From contig OZ245742.1 of assembly GCA_965227295.1 (NCBI GenBank), positions 1,248,001-1,312,000 of the forward strand: 64,000 bases of DNA. The letters are read 5' to 3'. Positions 21,019 through 30,513 of this stretch are shown piece after piece. The notes beneath the pieces were generated by a model. The model saw nothing but the letters and a program-made list of their open reading frames with translations. It was not told the DNA's origin and did not search any database. The position numbers were made by a program, and so were the translations under genes. Position 1 is the stretch's first letter. Every line of letters starts with the position of its first letter. This stretch comes from Leptonemataceae bacterium (GTDB taxonomy: Bacteria > Spirochaetota > Leptospiria > Leptospirales > Leptonemataceae).

Positions 21019-21598
21019 TGCGTTCAAGTTCGCCGACAACGAACTTTTCCAGTTCCGGAAAAAACCGTTCAAAATCGTCGGCGAAATCGACGTACTGTTC
21101 TTCCAGCACGGCGATGCTCTTGTCCATCTCGGGGTTGAACTTTGACCGCCGGGAAAGTCCCCACAGCGCACGTTCAATTCCGCTGAGCTTTGCGTAGTTG
21201 GCGAGCCAGTCGTTGGCCATCATGAACGGCAGAAAGCCGCGCACTCGTTCCGGCAACAGGCGCCGGTTTTTTCGGAACGTTTTGTACACACGACGCGTGA
21301 ATTGCTTCAACGGTTCGTCGTGATACTCGTCCCAGTTATCGGCGAGGAAGTGGTCGTAGAACACATCGACGATGACCGGGGCATACTTGCCGAAACGCGG
21401 GCGCAGGCGATCTTTGCTTTCGTGCACGATCGCGTGGCTGTCCGTGTAGGCATCGATGGCCCGGTGCAACAGGATGCCGTGCTGCACCCGCTGCGGATAG
21501 TCCGCGAATTTCTTGCCGCGCACCGAGTCCGCAATGAAGTTGCCGATCATCAGCTCATCGTCGTCGCCGGACAGATAGATGTGCGCGAGAAAGTTCAT
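20987..21598 (-). CDS. acpH: Acyl carrier protein phosphodiesterase
   Basis: MNFLAH..GNFIAD..LHRAIDAYTDSH..DVFYDHFL. Confidence 0.85.
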   Translation of the reverse strand: MNFLAHIYLSGDDDELMIGNFIADSVRGKKFADYPQRVQHGILLHRAIDAYTDSHAIVHESKDRLRPRFGKYAPVIVDVFYDHFLADNWDEYHDEPLKQFTRRVYKTFRKNRRLLPERVRGFLPFMMANDWLANYAKLSGIERALWGLSRRSKFNPEMDKSIAVLEEQYVDFADDFERFFPELEKFVVGELERITTPPASPAP

Positions 21599-21655
21599 GC
21601 GGTGTAGTGTCTAATATAGACGCATCCCGTCCCTCTGCGACCGGAAAAATCGTAC

Positions 21656-22017
21656 ATGCAATCGCAAATAACGCTGCGGCCCATGACGGGCGACGATGCC
21701 GTCGAAACCCTGCGCATCTTCCAATCCTCTATTCGCGAAGTCGCCGCCGCAGACTACGACGCGGATCAGATCGAGACCTGGGCCACGGCCTATGAGGATC
21801 CGGAACTCTGGTGGCGTTCGTTTGCCGGCAGCGCGGCGTGGGTGGCCGCTGATGTTGCGGGAGTCCTCGTCGGTTTCGTGAACTATGCTTTGAACCCCAC
21901 CCCGGACATTCCGGCCGGCCGGGCATACCTGGATCGTCTCTACGTTGCCCCGAAATTCCAGGGCCGCGGAGCCGCCACCGCTCTCGTGCATGCTGCTGCG
22001 GCTCGCTTAATAAAAGA
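21656..22017 (+). pseudogene. C-terminally truncated GNAT acetyltransferase
   Basis: LYVAPKFQGRGAA acetyl-CoA motif; the frame then runs directly into the antisense of the nitroreductase with no GNAT C-terminal strand. Confidence 0.6.
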
Positions 22018-22608
22018 TCATCCAAAGTTACGGCTGTCGCCGAACTTAGACGTAAATACGATCTCATCCAGTTCCCGGCGGGCTCGCGGGGCGACCTCTC
22101 GGGCCTGCAGGTCGTCGGGCAGGATGGACGGGTCGCCGGGATAACCCAGCACACCCATGGCGATGGGCTCGAAGTCATCCGGGATACCCAGGTCCTTGCG
22201 GGCCTTCTCGCGATCATAACCGGCCATCTCGTGGACGAAGATGCCCATGGACACCGCCTGGAGCGAGAGATTGCCCACGGCCAGGCCCACATCGTGGGGC
22301 GCGGAGCCGTTGGGATCCCCGCTGCCCGTAAAGGTCTTTTTGGCGACACTTAAGAAAACAACCGGGGCGTTCTGTGCCCAGTTCTGATTGAACTCGCCCA
22401 GACAATCAAAGAGGCGTCGGTAGTCTTCGGGGTTGTTTTGTTTCGCGGCGACGAGAAAGCGCCAGGGCTGTTCGTTGTAACTGGAGGCGGCCCAGCGCGC
22501 CGCTTCGAAGAGCAGCTTCAGGTCTTCTTCCGGGACGGCGCGATCGGCGTAAGCGCGTGGGCTGCGGCGCTCGCGGATGACTTCAAGGAGACGGGGATCG
22601 ATATTCAT
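22018..22608 (-). CDS. Nitroreductase family protein
   Basis: RRSPRAY and AARWAASSYNEQPWRF. Confidence 0.93.
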   Translation of the reverse strand: MNIDPRLLEVIRERRSPRAYADRAVPEEDLKLLFEAARWAASSYNEQPWRFLVAAKQNNPEDYRRLFDCLGEFNQNWAQNAPVVFLSVAKKTFTGSGDPNGSAPHDVGLAVGNLSLQAVSMGIFVHEMAGYDREKARKDLGIPDDFEPIAMGVLGYPGDPSILPDDLQAREVAPRARRELDEIVFTSKFGDSRNFG

Positions 22609-22825
22609 GTGCCTTCAGGTAAGCGGAGGTCATCGCGATACGTCCACTGAATTTCCGGAGCGTCGCCGGAAGCCCGTCGGTCGTGCGGCAAAACATATGA
22701 GGTGAGCCGTTGCGAAGCCGGGGTGAACGGTCCGTGCGGGATTGCGGTGTTCGTAAGCAGCAGACCAGGATTTGGGGGCAGGATCCGGAGGAACGTTGTA
22801 GACGATCGAACTCGTCAGGAAATGA

Positions 22826-24421
22826 TTGATCCTCTTCAAAAAGGACGCGGCGGATACCATGTACAATCGATTGCTACAGCGTTACGAGGGGTTGGACCTG
22901 GTCATCCGGCGCAAGGCCCGGTTCCTGCTATCGATCAATCTCTTTCTTCTCGTGTTGCTTCCGCTCGCCTTCATCGGCACTTCGTTCTACACGGAGTACA
23001 ATCTCATCATGGGTGGCTCGCTGGGCGGCTGTTTCCTGGTCATCGTTGTGACCACGGCCGCGTTGATCCTCGGCGCCTACAACTTCGCGGCCCATGGTGT
23101 CCTCCTCGCCATCTTCGTTGCGCTGTGGACGTTGATCTTTGCGGACGTGAATCGCGATCCCGTCGCCTGGCTCGACACGGTCGCCCTGATTCCCGGCGGC
23201 CTGGCGTTGGTTCCGCTCCTCGCCCTGCGTCGGCCCGCGGTGGTCTTCGGGTACCTGGCCGTGAATCTCGTGGTCCTCGCCGCGTTGTCGCAGCAGGCCG
23301 TGAACGAAAAGGCCATCGACGAACTGCAGCGCGCGGACTTCTTGTCCGACAACGCCCTGGCTTTTATTACGATCTCGGTCGTCGGCTTTTTGATCGCGCG
23401 GCTCAACGAGGGGTTGTTGTTGCATTTGCGCAATCTGCTCGACGAAAGTGATGAGCGCGCCCGGGAACGCGAGCAGGTCATTACGCTCCTGCGCCGGACT
23501 TCGGAGGGTTTGCAGTCCACCGCGCGCAGCCTGGTGGACCAGGTCCGTGTGTTTTCCGACGAAACGAATTCCCAGGCCGCCTCGGTGGAACAATTAACTT
23601 CTGCAATTACGGAGTTAAGCCAGTCCAACGAAAGCATTTCCGATTTGCATCGACGCCAGCAGGTCTCCCTCGCTGAAGCAGACGAGCGCATCGATCAACT
23701 ACAGAAATTGATTAGTCGTGCCGAAGAAGAAATTCGTTCCGTGGACGCCGCCCGCGACGCGTTGCGTAAAGAAACCGAGGCGACCCACCAGGATATGTCT
23801 CAGGCCCAGAAGGAACTGCACGCGGTGTGGGAGAACTTCGGCAACGTCGTGGACGTGGTAAAAATCATTCACGACATTTCCGAGAAGACGAACATGCTCG
23901 CGCTGAACGCTTCCATTGAAGCGGCCCGGGCCGGGGAACACGGCCGTGGTTTTGCCGTGGTCGCGGACGAAGTCTCCAAGCTCGCCGACATGGCGTCTTC
24001 GAATGCCAGAACCATCAGTGATCTTGTCAACCAGAACCGTGACGGATTACATGCTTCCCTGGAACGCCTCGCTGAGTTTCGCAACGCCCTGGAATCCATG
24101 GTGGACGGCGGCGAGCGCCTGGATCGCGCGAACGCCTCGGTCACGAGCTTCCTGCGCGAGGATCTGCAACTCAAACGCGAGCTCGGCGAACGCACGGCGG
24201 AGATCAAAAACGCTTCGGAACAACTGGCGGTGGCCATGCGCGAGTTCGTGCCCGCCTTCCAGGAAATCATGAGCACGGCGGCTTCCATCAACGATGCCAC
24301 GCAACGCATTGCCGAGGGTGCGAACAGTCTTCAGAACGAAGCCGCGAGAGTCCAGCGCACCGGTGACGATCTCAATGAAGTGCTCGGCGATCAGGCGGCC
24401 CAGGGTTCTCTGAGCAGTTAG
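22826..24421 (+). CDS. Methyl-accepting chemotaxis protein with multi-TM N-terminus
   Basis: ISEKTNMLALNASIEAARAGEHGRGFAVVADEVSKLA. Confidence 0.95.
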   Translation: MILFKKDAADTMYNRLLQRYEGLDLVIRRKARFLLSINLFLLVLLPLAFIGTSFYTEYNLIMGGSLGGCFLVIVVTTAALILGAYNFAAHGVLLAIFVALWTLIFADVNRDPVAWLDTVALIPGGLALVPLLALRRPAVVFGYLAVNLVVLAALSQQAVNEKAIDELQRADFLSDNALAFITISVVGFLIARLNEGLLLHLRNLLDESDERAREREQVITLLRRTSEGLQSTARSLVDQVRVFSDETNSQAASVEQLTSAITELSQSNESISDLHRRQQVSLAEADERIDQLQKLISRAEEEIRSVDAARDALRKETEATHQDMSQAQKELHAVWENFGNVVDVVKIIHDISEKTNMLALNASIEAARAGEHGRGFAVVADEVSKLADMASSNARTISDLVNQNRDGLHASLERLAEFRNALESMVDGGERLDRANASVTSFLREDLQLKRELGERTAEIKNASEQLAVAMREFVPAFQEIMSTAASINDATQRIAEGANSLQNEAARVQRTGDDLNEVLGDQAAQGSLSS

Positions 24422-24500
24422 TGTCCGCTGCGCAGGTCGTTCGAGTAAGATTCGCCTTAAAAATCCTTGCGGGAAAGTCTCGCTTGCTGATAAATACAAC

Positions 24501-25736
24501 ATGCGAAGCACCTTACGCGCGCATACAGTGCTGCTTCTTTTGATTGCCGTTGTGTCCGCCGGTTCGTCGGCCTGCATCGCCCTGCCCGAGCTTCCATTCG
24601 TTCCGTATCAGGAGGAGTCTTGCGCCGCCGGTGACTTCGACTGCGCGCCGGAGATCCTGCTTTCGTACATCTTCTACTATTCCGTCGCCGCCGCGGCTGT
24701 GGATACCACCGAGGTTTGCACGCCGCAGCAGGTCGGCGGCAATCTCCAGGGCTGCGGCGCGCTGAGCATCTCCGGGCGGGCCATTACCTTTGCCGGCGGC
24801 ACCGGCGGTTACATGGACGGCGTCGGCACGGCGGCGCAATTCAACAATCCCCAGGCCCTCGCCACGGATGGAACGTTTCTGTATATTGCCGATCGCCAGA
24901 ACCACCGCATTCGTAAGATCGAACTCTCCACGGTAACGGTGAGCACCGTCGCCGGAGACGGCTCCGCCGCGTTCAACGATGCCACCGGGACGTCCGCACA
25001 GTTTAACTTTCCCACGGGGATGACTACGGACGGCACGAATCTCTACGTCGCCGATCGCATCAACCATCGCATTCGCAAGATCGATATCGCCACGAGCGCC
25101 GTGACGACCCTTGCCGGCAACGGTTCAGCCGGATTCATGGACGGCGTCGGCACCGGGGCGCAGGTTTCGTTTCCCGCCGGCGTAACCACGGACGGGACTT
25201 ATGTTTACGTTGCCGACACGAGCAACAATCGCATCCGCCGAATCGACATCGCGACGCAAACCGTTACGACGATTGCAGGAGATGGAACCGGAGCTTCCGT
25301 GGACGGCACGGGAACCGGGGCGCAGTTCAGTCAGCCGGCGGGCATCGCGATGGACGGCACGAATCTCTACGTCAGCGACCGGACGGGGGACGTGATTCGA
25401 AAGATTGAAATCGCCACAACCGTCGTAACGACGCTCGCCGGGAGCGGCACCGGCGGATACATGGACGGTACCGGCACCGCGGCGCAATTTGATACTCCCG
25501 AGGGTCTCGTGACCGACGGCAGCGCGGTCTACGTTGCCGAAGAAGGGAACAATCGCGTCCGCAGGGTCGATCTGGGGACGGCCGAGGTCACGACTGTGGC
25601 CGGGGACGGGACGAGCGCGGTCACCGACGGCACAGGGAGCGGTGCGCAATTCAGCCAGCCCTACGGAATCACCTCGGACGGCGCGTTCCTTTATGTCTCC
25701 GACGGCTTCGGTGACACCATCCGGCGGTTGGACTGA
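24501..25736 (+). CDS. NHL-repeat beta-propeller protein, probable lipoprotein
   Basis: About six copies of DGxGTxAQFxxPxGxxxDGxxLYVADxxNxRIRKID. Confidence 0.88.
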   Translation: MRSTLRAHTVLLLLIAVVSAGSSACIALPELPFVPYQEESCAAGDFDCAPEILLSYIFYYSVAAAAVDTTEVCTPQQVGGNLQGCGALSISGRAITFAGGTGGYMDGVGTAAQFNNPQALATDGTFLYIADRQNHRIRKIELSTVTVSTVAGDGSAAFNDATGTSAQFNFPTGMTTDGTNLYVADRINHRIRKIDIATSAVTTLAGNGSAGFMDGVGTGAQVSFPAGVTTDGTYVYVADTSNNRIRRIDIATQTVTTIAGDGTGASVDGTGTGAQFSQPAGIAMDGTNLYVSDRTGDVIRKIEIATTVVTTLAGSGTGGYMDGTGTAAQFDTPEGLVTDGSAVYVAEEGNNRVRRVDLGTAEVTTVAGDGTSAVTDGTGSGAQFSQPYGITSDGAFLYVSDGFGDTIRRLD

Positions 25737-25906
25737 GCGCGATAAGTCGGCGGTTTCGCGGACAAACTGCTAAAAAACGTCTGAATTTCGAAATATAGAC
25801 CTTTGATTGGGCCGAATTCTTAAATCCGGTCGATTATCTAATGCGTTTCGATATAGAATCCTCGCAAATAACAGGCACCGGCAACGGTGCAAAACAGAGG
25901 TTCATA

Positions 25907-26812
25907 ATGATCATGCGATTTGCAACGGTGCTCGTTCTCTCGGGCGCCATCTCATCTTCCATCTGGGCGGGAGGCGGCGGTTCGAAGCCTCTCGAAGGAA
26001 CGCATCCCATTGTACTCTCCCACGGCCTCATGGGCTGGGGTGAAGAATCCAACGGGATCATTTCGATCATCGATTACTGGGGCGGCATGGGCGAGTACCT
26101 GAGTTCTCAAGGAGCTACTGTATACGCTCCGACGAAAGAACCGGGCAGCTCAAACGAAGTCCGTGCTCAGGATCTGGCCGATCGGGTGAACTACTGGATG
26201 GCCGCCAACGGCGTTGAGAAGGTCCACTTTCTGGGACACTCTCAGGGTCCGCTGGATGTGCGCTATGCAGTGGCCAACCTCGGCCTCGCATCGAAGACGG
26301 CTTCGGTTACGTCTCTCAACGGCGTGAACCGCGGCACCGGTCTGGCCGACGGCCTCGCTCCGCTCATCGCCAACGGCGTTGTCAGCGGTGTTCTCGAATT
26401 CTTCGTGAACCTGCTCTACGTCACCGACGAGAGTGATGCCGAGGCGGTCATCCAATCGCTGTCCACCGACGGCATGACCGCGTTCAACTCCTACACCCCG
26501 GATGTCTCCGGAGTCCGCTACTACTCCTACGGATCGGCCCTGAACGGATTCAACCTGATTCAGGCTCCCGTCGGAAGTCTCCTGTGGAGCTTTACCGGCA
26601 ATGAATCCGAAGCCGTTCACGGTTTCGCGAACGACGGTTTCGTTCCTCTGAGTTCCCAGAAATGGGGCGAGTGGAAAGGCGGTCCGGACGATCCTCCCTC
26701 AAGCGGCGTCGACCATCTCATGTGCGCCAACACGCTGTACCTCGGTCAGACCTGGTACGATGTGGAAGGTTACTTCCTGAAGATGGCGAAAAACATGAAG
26801 GCCGGTCAGTAA
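25907..26812 (+). CDS. Secreted lipase (alpha/beta hydrolase)
   Basis: HPIVLSHG oxyanion region, GHSQG nucleophile, NDGFV, DHL; GAGG before ATG 25907. Confidence 0.9.
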   Translation: MIMRFATVLVLSGAISSSIWAGGGGSKPLEGTHPIVLSHGLMGWGEESNGIISIIDYWGGMGEYLSSQGATVYAPTKEPGSSNEVRAQDLADRVNYWMAANGVEKVHFLGHSQGPLDVRYAVANLGLASKTASVTSLNGVNRGTGLADGLAPLIANGVVSGVLEFFVNLLYVTDESDAEAVIQSLSTDGMTAFNSYTPDVSGVRYYSYGSALNGFNLIQAPVGSLLWSFTGNESEAVHGFANDGFVPLSSQKWGEWKGGPDDPPSSGVDHLMCANTLYLGQTWYDVEGYFLKMAKNMKAGQ

Positions 26813-26844
26813 GGATCACAATCAGCAAGCAAATTGAACTCTCC

Positions 26845-26878
26845 GGCGCCGCGTTGCGAAAGCGATGCGGCGCTTTTT
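26845..26878 (+). terminator. Rho-independent terminator
   Basis: GGCGCCGCGTTGC-GAAA-GCGATGCGGCGC hairpin followed by a T-run, just after the lipase. Confidence 0.8.
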
Positions 26879-27007
26879 CATGTACACACTGCCGGGCCTA
26901 AAACTGCACATCGAGGATGGAAATGTCGTCGAGGGCCGCTTCGCTGTTAGATTGATCCGCGTTCGGGTTTCGCTTGCCGTCCGGCGGGGCCCTCGTAGAA
27001 TCCAGGC

Positions 27008-27871
27008 ATGTTTACGTTCTGGATCGTCCTGTGGCTCGTTGCCGCGACTGTATTGATAGCCCTGATTTCCCTGCTGCTATCCCGCCTGCCGTCCTCGCTG
27101 CACGTTGCCGCGATCCTGCTGATCGGGCTTGCCGTATCGGCCTATCTTTTCGCCACGAACTTTGCGACGGCGGCGGGATCGTTTTTGTATTTGAAGTTGC
27201 TGACCCTGGTTGTGAGCGCTCTGATTCTTGCCGGCCTGCGGTTCTGGAAGTGGACGCGTTATTCCTGGGCCCTGATCCTCGGCTATCTCATTCTGTGGCT
27301 GAACATCTTTGAGGCCGTGGCCTTTGAAATCTTCGACGTTGTAACCGGCGGACCGGAGCGCCTCTACGGCGGCAACCTGCTGAACGCCGCGGCGGGAATC
27401 ATCTTGCTGTTGACCCAGGCCCGGCCGCGGCTCATTGCTACGGACTCCGGCGATCCCGGGCGAAACCTTTTTTACGACCTGGGGCCGCTCTGGGTCTTAG
27501 TTTACACCGTGTGGAACTTTACGTTCGTGTACGGGACGAATCCGCCGGGACACCCGACGGGGGAGTGGGCCGGCATGGCCTGCGTACATCTCGGTGCGCC
27601 GCTGTTGCTCGTCCTCTTTGCCCGAGATTCCCGGCTCTATATTCAAATGCGCACTTACGCGCTCTATCTCAGCATTGCGCTCGTGCTGCTCGTTCCGTAT
27701 GCGCCGTTCGTACATCGCACACCGAACTGGCACAGCTTCGCTGCGGCGGACTTCCTGGCCGGCATGTCGCTAACGTTCGCTGTGTTGTTGTTACTGAAGC
27801 ACCTGCGCGCGGGTCGTCACGGCAACTTGCCGGCCAACCCGGTGGAATGGTTGGCCGGAAGATTGCCGTGA
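27008..27871 (+). CDS. Multi-pass membrane protein (DUF5692-like)
   Basis: Hydrophobic; LNIFEAV, NLLNAAAG, YTVWNFTFVY. Confidence 0.6.
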   Translation: MFTFWIVLWLVAATVLIALISLLLSRLPSSLHVAAILLIGLAVSAYLFATNFATAAGSFLYLKLLTLVVSALILAGLRFWKWTRYSWALILGYLILWLNIFEAVAFEIFDVVTGGPERLYGGNLLNAAAGIILLLTQARPRLIATDSGDPGRNLFYDLGPLWVLVYTVWNFTFVYGTNPPGHPTGEWAGMACVHLGAPLLLVLFARDSRLYIQMRTYALYLSIALVLLVPYAPFVHRTPNWHSFAAADFLAGMSLTFAVLLLLKHLRAGRHGNLPANPVEWLAGRLP

Positions 27872-27872
27872 C

Positions 27873-28859
27873 GTGCCTGAACGAAACGATTCACGAGGCG
27901 CCGAGGATTTTCACGGCAACACAATTCAGAGTAATCGTGAAATCGTATCCGTGCGGGTCTTCGACGCGCCGCGCGATCTTGTGTATCGCATGTTTACCGA
28001 GGCGGGGCACGTCGATCGCTGGTGGGGGCCGCGAGGCTTTCGAAACACAACGCATTCCATGGACGTGCGCGTCGGCGGTATCTGGAATTACACGATGCAT
28101 GGCCCGGACGGCGTCGATTATGCCAATGAAGTCCGCTACCTGGAGCTCGTGCGACCGGAGCGCATTGTCTACGACCATGGGGTGCCCGGCGAAGAGCCGA
28201 TGTTTCGCACGACCATTACACTCGAAGAAGCCGGCCATCGCACGCGGCTGACGATGCGCATGTTGTTCCCCACGGCCGAAGAGCGCGACGCCGTCGTAAA
28301 GAAGCACGGCGCCGAAGAAGGGTTGCATCAAACGCTGGATTGTCTCGACGCGCATTTGCTCATGCAGGATGCTCCGGATGCCTTCGTCATTTCGCGCGAG
28401 TTTGCGGCCGCGCGGGACATGGTGTGGACGGTCTGGACCGAGAAGGATCATCTCGGCCGCTGGTTCGGTCCGAAGGGCTTCGCAATTCGTGCGCGGGACT
28501 TTGATTTTCGTCCGGGCGGGCGCTACCTTTACTCGCTGCACGGTGACGACGGTTCCGAGATGTGGGCGAAATTCGAATACCAGATCATCGAGGCGCCGGA
28601 GCGCATCGTCTTCGTGAATTCATTCTCGAATCCCGAGGGCGACACGGTGTGCCATCCCGGCCACGAAAACTGGCCGCTGCGAACGCTGACGAACATCTTG
28701 TTCACGGAAAACGAGAACCGGACGATCGTTACGGTGCGTTGGATTCCGCTGGACGCTACGCCGGAAGAACTGCGCACCTTCCAGGCAGGCCACGAGTCTA
28801 TGACCGGCGGTTGGACGGGAACGCTGGACCAATTGCGCGATCACCTGACGACACTGTAA
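27873..28859 (+). CDS. Tandem SRPBCC/AHSA1 domain protein
   Basis: Two copies of R.F.A.R..V..W(W/F)GP.GF...D.R.GG. Confidence 0.88.
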   Translation: MPERNDSRGAEDFHGNTIQSNREIVSVRVFDAPRDLVYRMFTEAGHVDRWWGPRGFRNTTHSMDVRVGGIWNYTMHGPDGVDYANEVRYLELVRPERIVYDHGVPGEEPMFRTTITLEEAGHRTRLTMRMLFPTAEERDAVVKKHGAEEGLHQTLDCLDAHLLMQDAPDAFVISREFAAARDMVWTVWTEKDHLGRWFGPKGFAIRARDFDFRPGGRYLYSLHGDDGSEMWAKFEYQIIEAPERIVFVNSFSNPEGDTVCHPGHENWPLRTLTNILFTENENRTIVTVRWIPLDATPEELRTFQAGHESMTGGWTGTLDQLRDHLTTL

Positions 28860-28945
28860 CGATGGCAAAGCTCAGCCTGTTTGCGGGACGCGGATATTTA
28901 ACAGCGGCACGGTTCTGTTGAGCTGCGTGCCGGCGGAGTGAATCA

Positions 28946-29190
28946 ATGTTTCAGTATGATGCGACCTTCAGCAGTTTTTCCGTGAACGACCTGGACCGGG
29001 CACGAGAGTTCTACGGCAAGGTTCTGGGCCTGAAGATCGCGGAATTTGAGGGCATGGGTTTGCAGCTCAATCTGGCCGACGGCTGCAACGTCTTTGTCTA
29101 TCCGAAAGAGAATCACGAGCCGGCATCGCATACGGTCTTGAACTTCGTGGTGAGCGACATCGAAGCCTCGGCCAGGTCCCTGCGCGCGGA
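28946..29190 (+). pseudogene. Truncated VOC/glyoxalase protein
   Basis: FSVNDLDRAREFYGKVLGL..TVLNFVVSDIEA; the VOC C-terminus is missing. Confidence 0.7.
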
Positions 29191-30431
29191 CCGCCGGCGA
29201 AGTATTCGTTGAGGTCGCCGGGCGGATTTTCCAGCGCAAAGCTTTCGACCTGATCCGGCGGCAGACTGTGAAAGGAAGCGTTGCTCGAACCGCTTGCCTC
29301 CGGATCGTCGCCTACGGCCGGCTCGTGGACCCGGGCCAGTTGTGAATGAGCCGCGTAGGGCGAACCGGCTTTTTGGTAATCGGCGAAGAGACAGTCCACG
29401 CCCTGGATCTCGGCCTGGCCGCTGCTCCGGCCGGCCGGACCGATGGGCGACTGACCGTCGCAATTAAAAACGAAACCGCCGCTCCGGGCCGCCACGCTGG
29501 CCTGCATGATTTGCATGCCGCACGAAGGTATGATGTGCGCGTCGACGTGTCCGCCCCGGGGCAGTGTTCGTTCGATGTTCCTGCGCAGGCGAGCGTCGGC
29601 GTGGTCGAGGCAGATCTCGACGCCGTAGGCGAGTCGTGCGTCGCGGCCGATGTTTTGTTCGAAGATCGCGTGTACGTCGAATGCGCTGCGTTTTGCATCG
29701 CCGTCGGAAAGATCGATGAAGGGATACGCGGTCATTTGTTCGGTGATGACGTTCTTGCCGTCCGGTTCGTACAATACGAAGTCCTCGTTCGAGACGAAGT
29801 ACTTTTCGGTCGTCATGAGATGCGTGGAAGATTCACCCTCCAGTTTCACGGGCACATTGCTCACGATGATGTCGCGATTGCGCACCTCACACACCGGATA
29901 CGAGTGGCAAACCTTGATGAAGTCCACGAGCATGTCGAAGAGTACGTTCTTCAGCGGTCCGAAAGCCGCCTGCCATTGCTCCGCGAGATTCCGTACGACG
30001 TTGTTGCGGACCAGGGTGCGATTGCTGTCGAAGATGTGCTCCGGGTCGGCAAGGCGGGTCGTTATGGCGCTGCCGAAAAAGAAGATCCAGCCGGCGTATT
30101 TTTCATGATGAAACTTTTGCTTCAGTTTTTCCCGCAGTAGTTCCACCGGATCTTTTTGATCGTCGTCGAAGATGTAGGGCCCGTGCAGGCCGTGAAAATA
30201 GAACTCCGGAGCGACGAAAACGGTGATGATGTCCTTTTCGGCCTGGATTTTACTGCGTGCCGTTTCCACGGCGGCCTCCATGACGGCCACGCGCCGGTCG
30301 AGGTCCCGTTCGACATCCGCGTTCCCGAGATACGTTCCGACCACCGATCCTCCGTCGGCGGGGCCGATGGTAAGGAGTCCGGCAGGAGTCGCGGGGATGG
30401 CGAAGCCGATGAAGCGAATTTTTTTATGCAT
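29067..30431 (-). CDS. Hypothetical protein with nitrilase-like E-K-C motifs; native C-terminus probably lost near 29188
   Basis: FVAPEFYF, TEKYF, GVEICLDH; last about 40 codons lie antisense to the VOC gene. Confidence 0.6.
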   Translation of the reverse strand: MHKKIRFIGFAIPATPAGLLTIGPADGGSVVGTYLGNADVERDLDRRVAVMEAAVETARSKIQAEKDIITVFVAPEFYFHGLHGPYIFDDDQKDPVELLREKLKQKFHHEKYAGWIFFFGSAITTRLADPEHIFDSNRTLVRNNVVRNLAEQWQAAFGPLKNVLFDMLVDFIKVCHSYPVCEVRNRDIIVSNVPVKLEGESSTHLMTTEKYFVSNEDFVLYEPDGKNVITEQMTAYPFIDLSDGDAKRSAFDVHAIFEQNIGRDARLAYGVEICLDHADARLRRNIERTLPRGGHVDAHIIPSCGMQIMQASVAARSGGFVFNCDGQSPIGPAGRSSGQAEIQGVDCLFADYQKAGSPYAAHSQLARVHEPAVGDDPEASGSSNASFHSLPPDQVESFALENPPGDLNEYFAGGPRAGTWPRLRCRSPRSSRPYAMPARDSLSDRQRRCSRRPD

Positions 30432-30513
30432 CGGCGCTTCTAATATGCGCCGGTTAAAAATCAATGATGTACGTTTATGTTAATAATTAGCCATTGATGG
30501 CTAACGCGCGTTC

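Noticed and set aside
24780-25730. DNA-level tandem repeats of about 168 bp
   Set aside because: Explained by the NHL protein repeats
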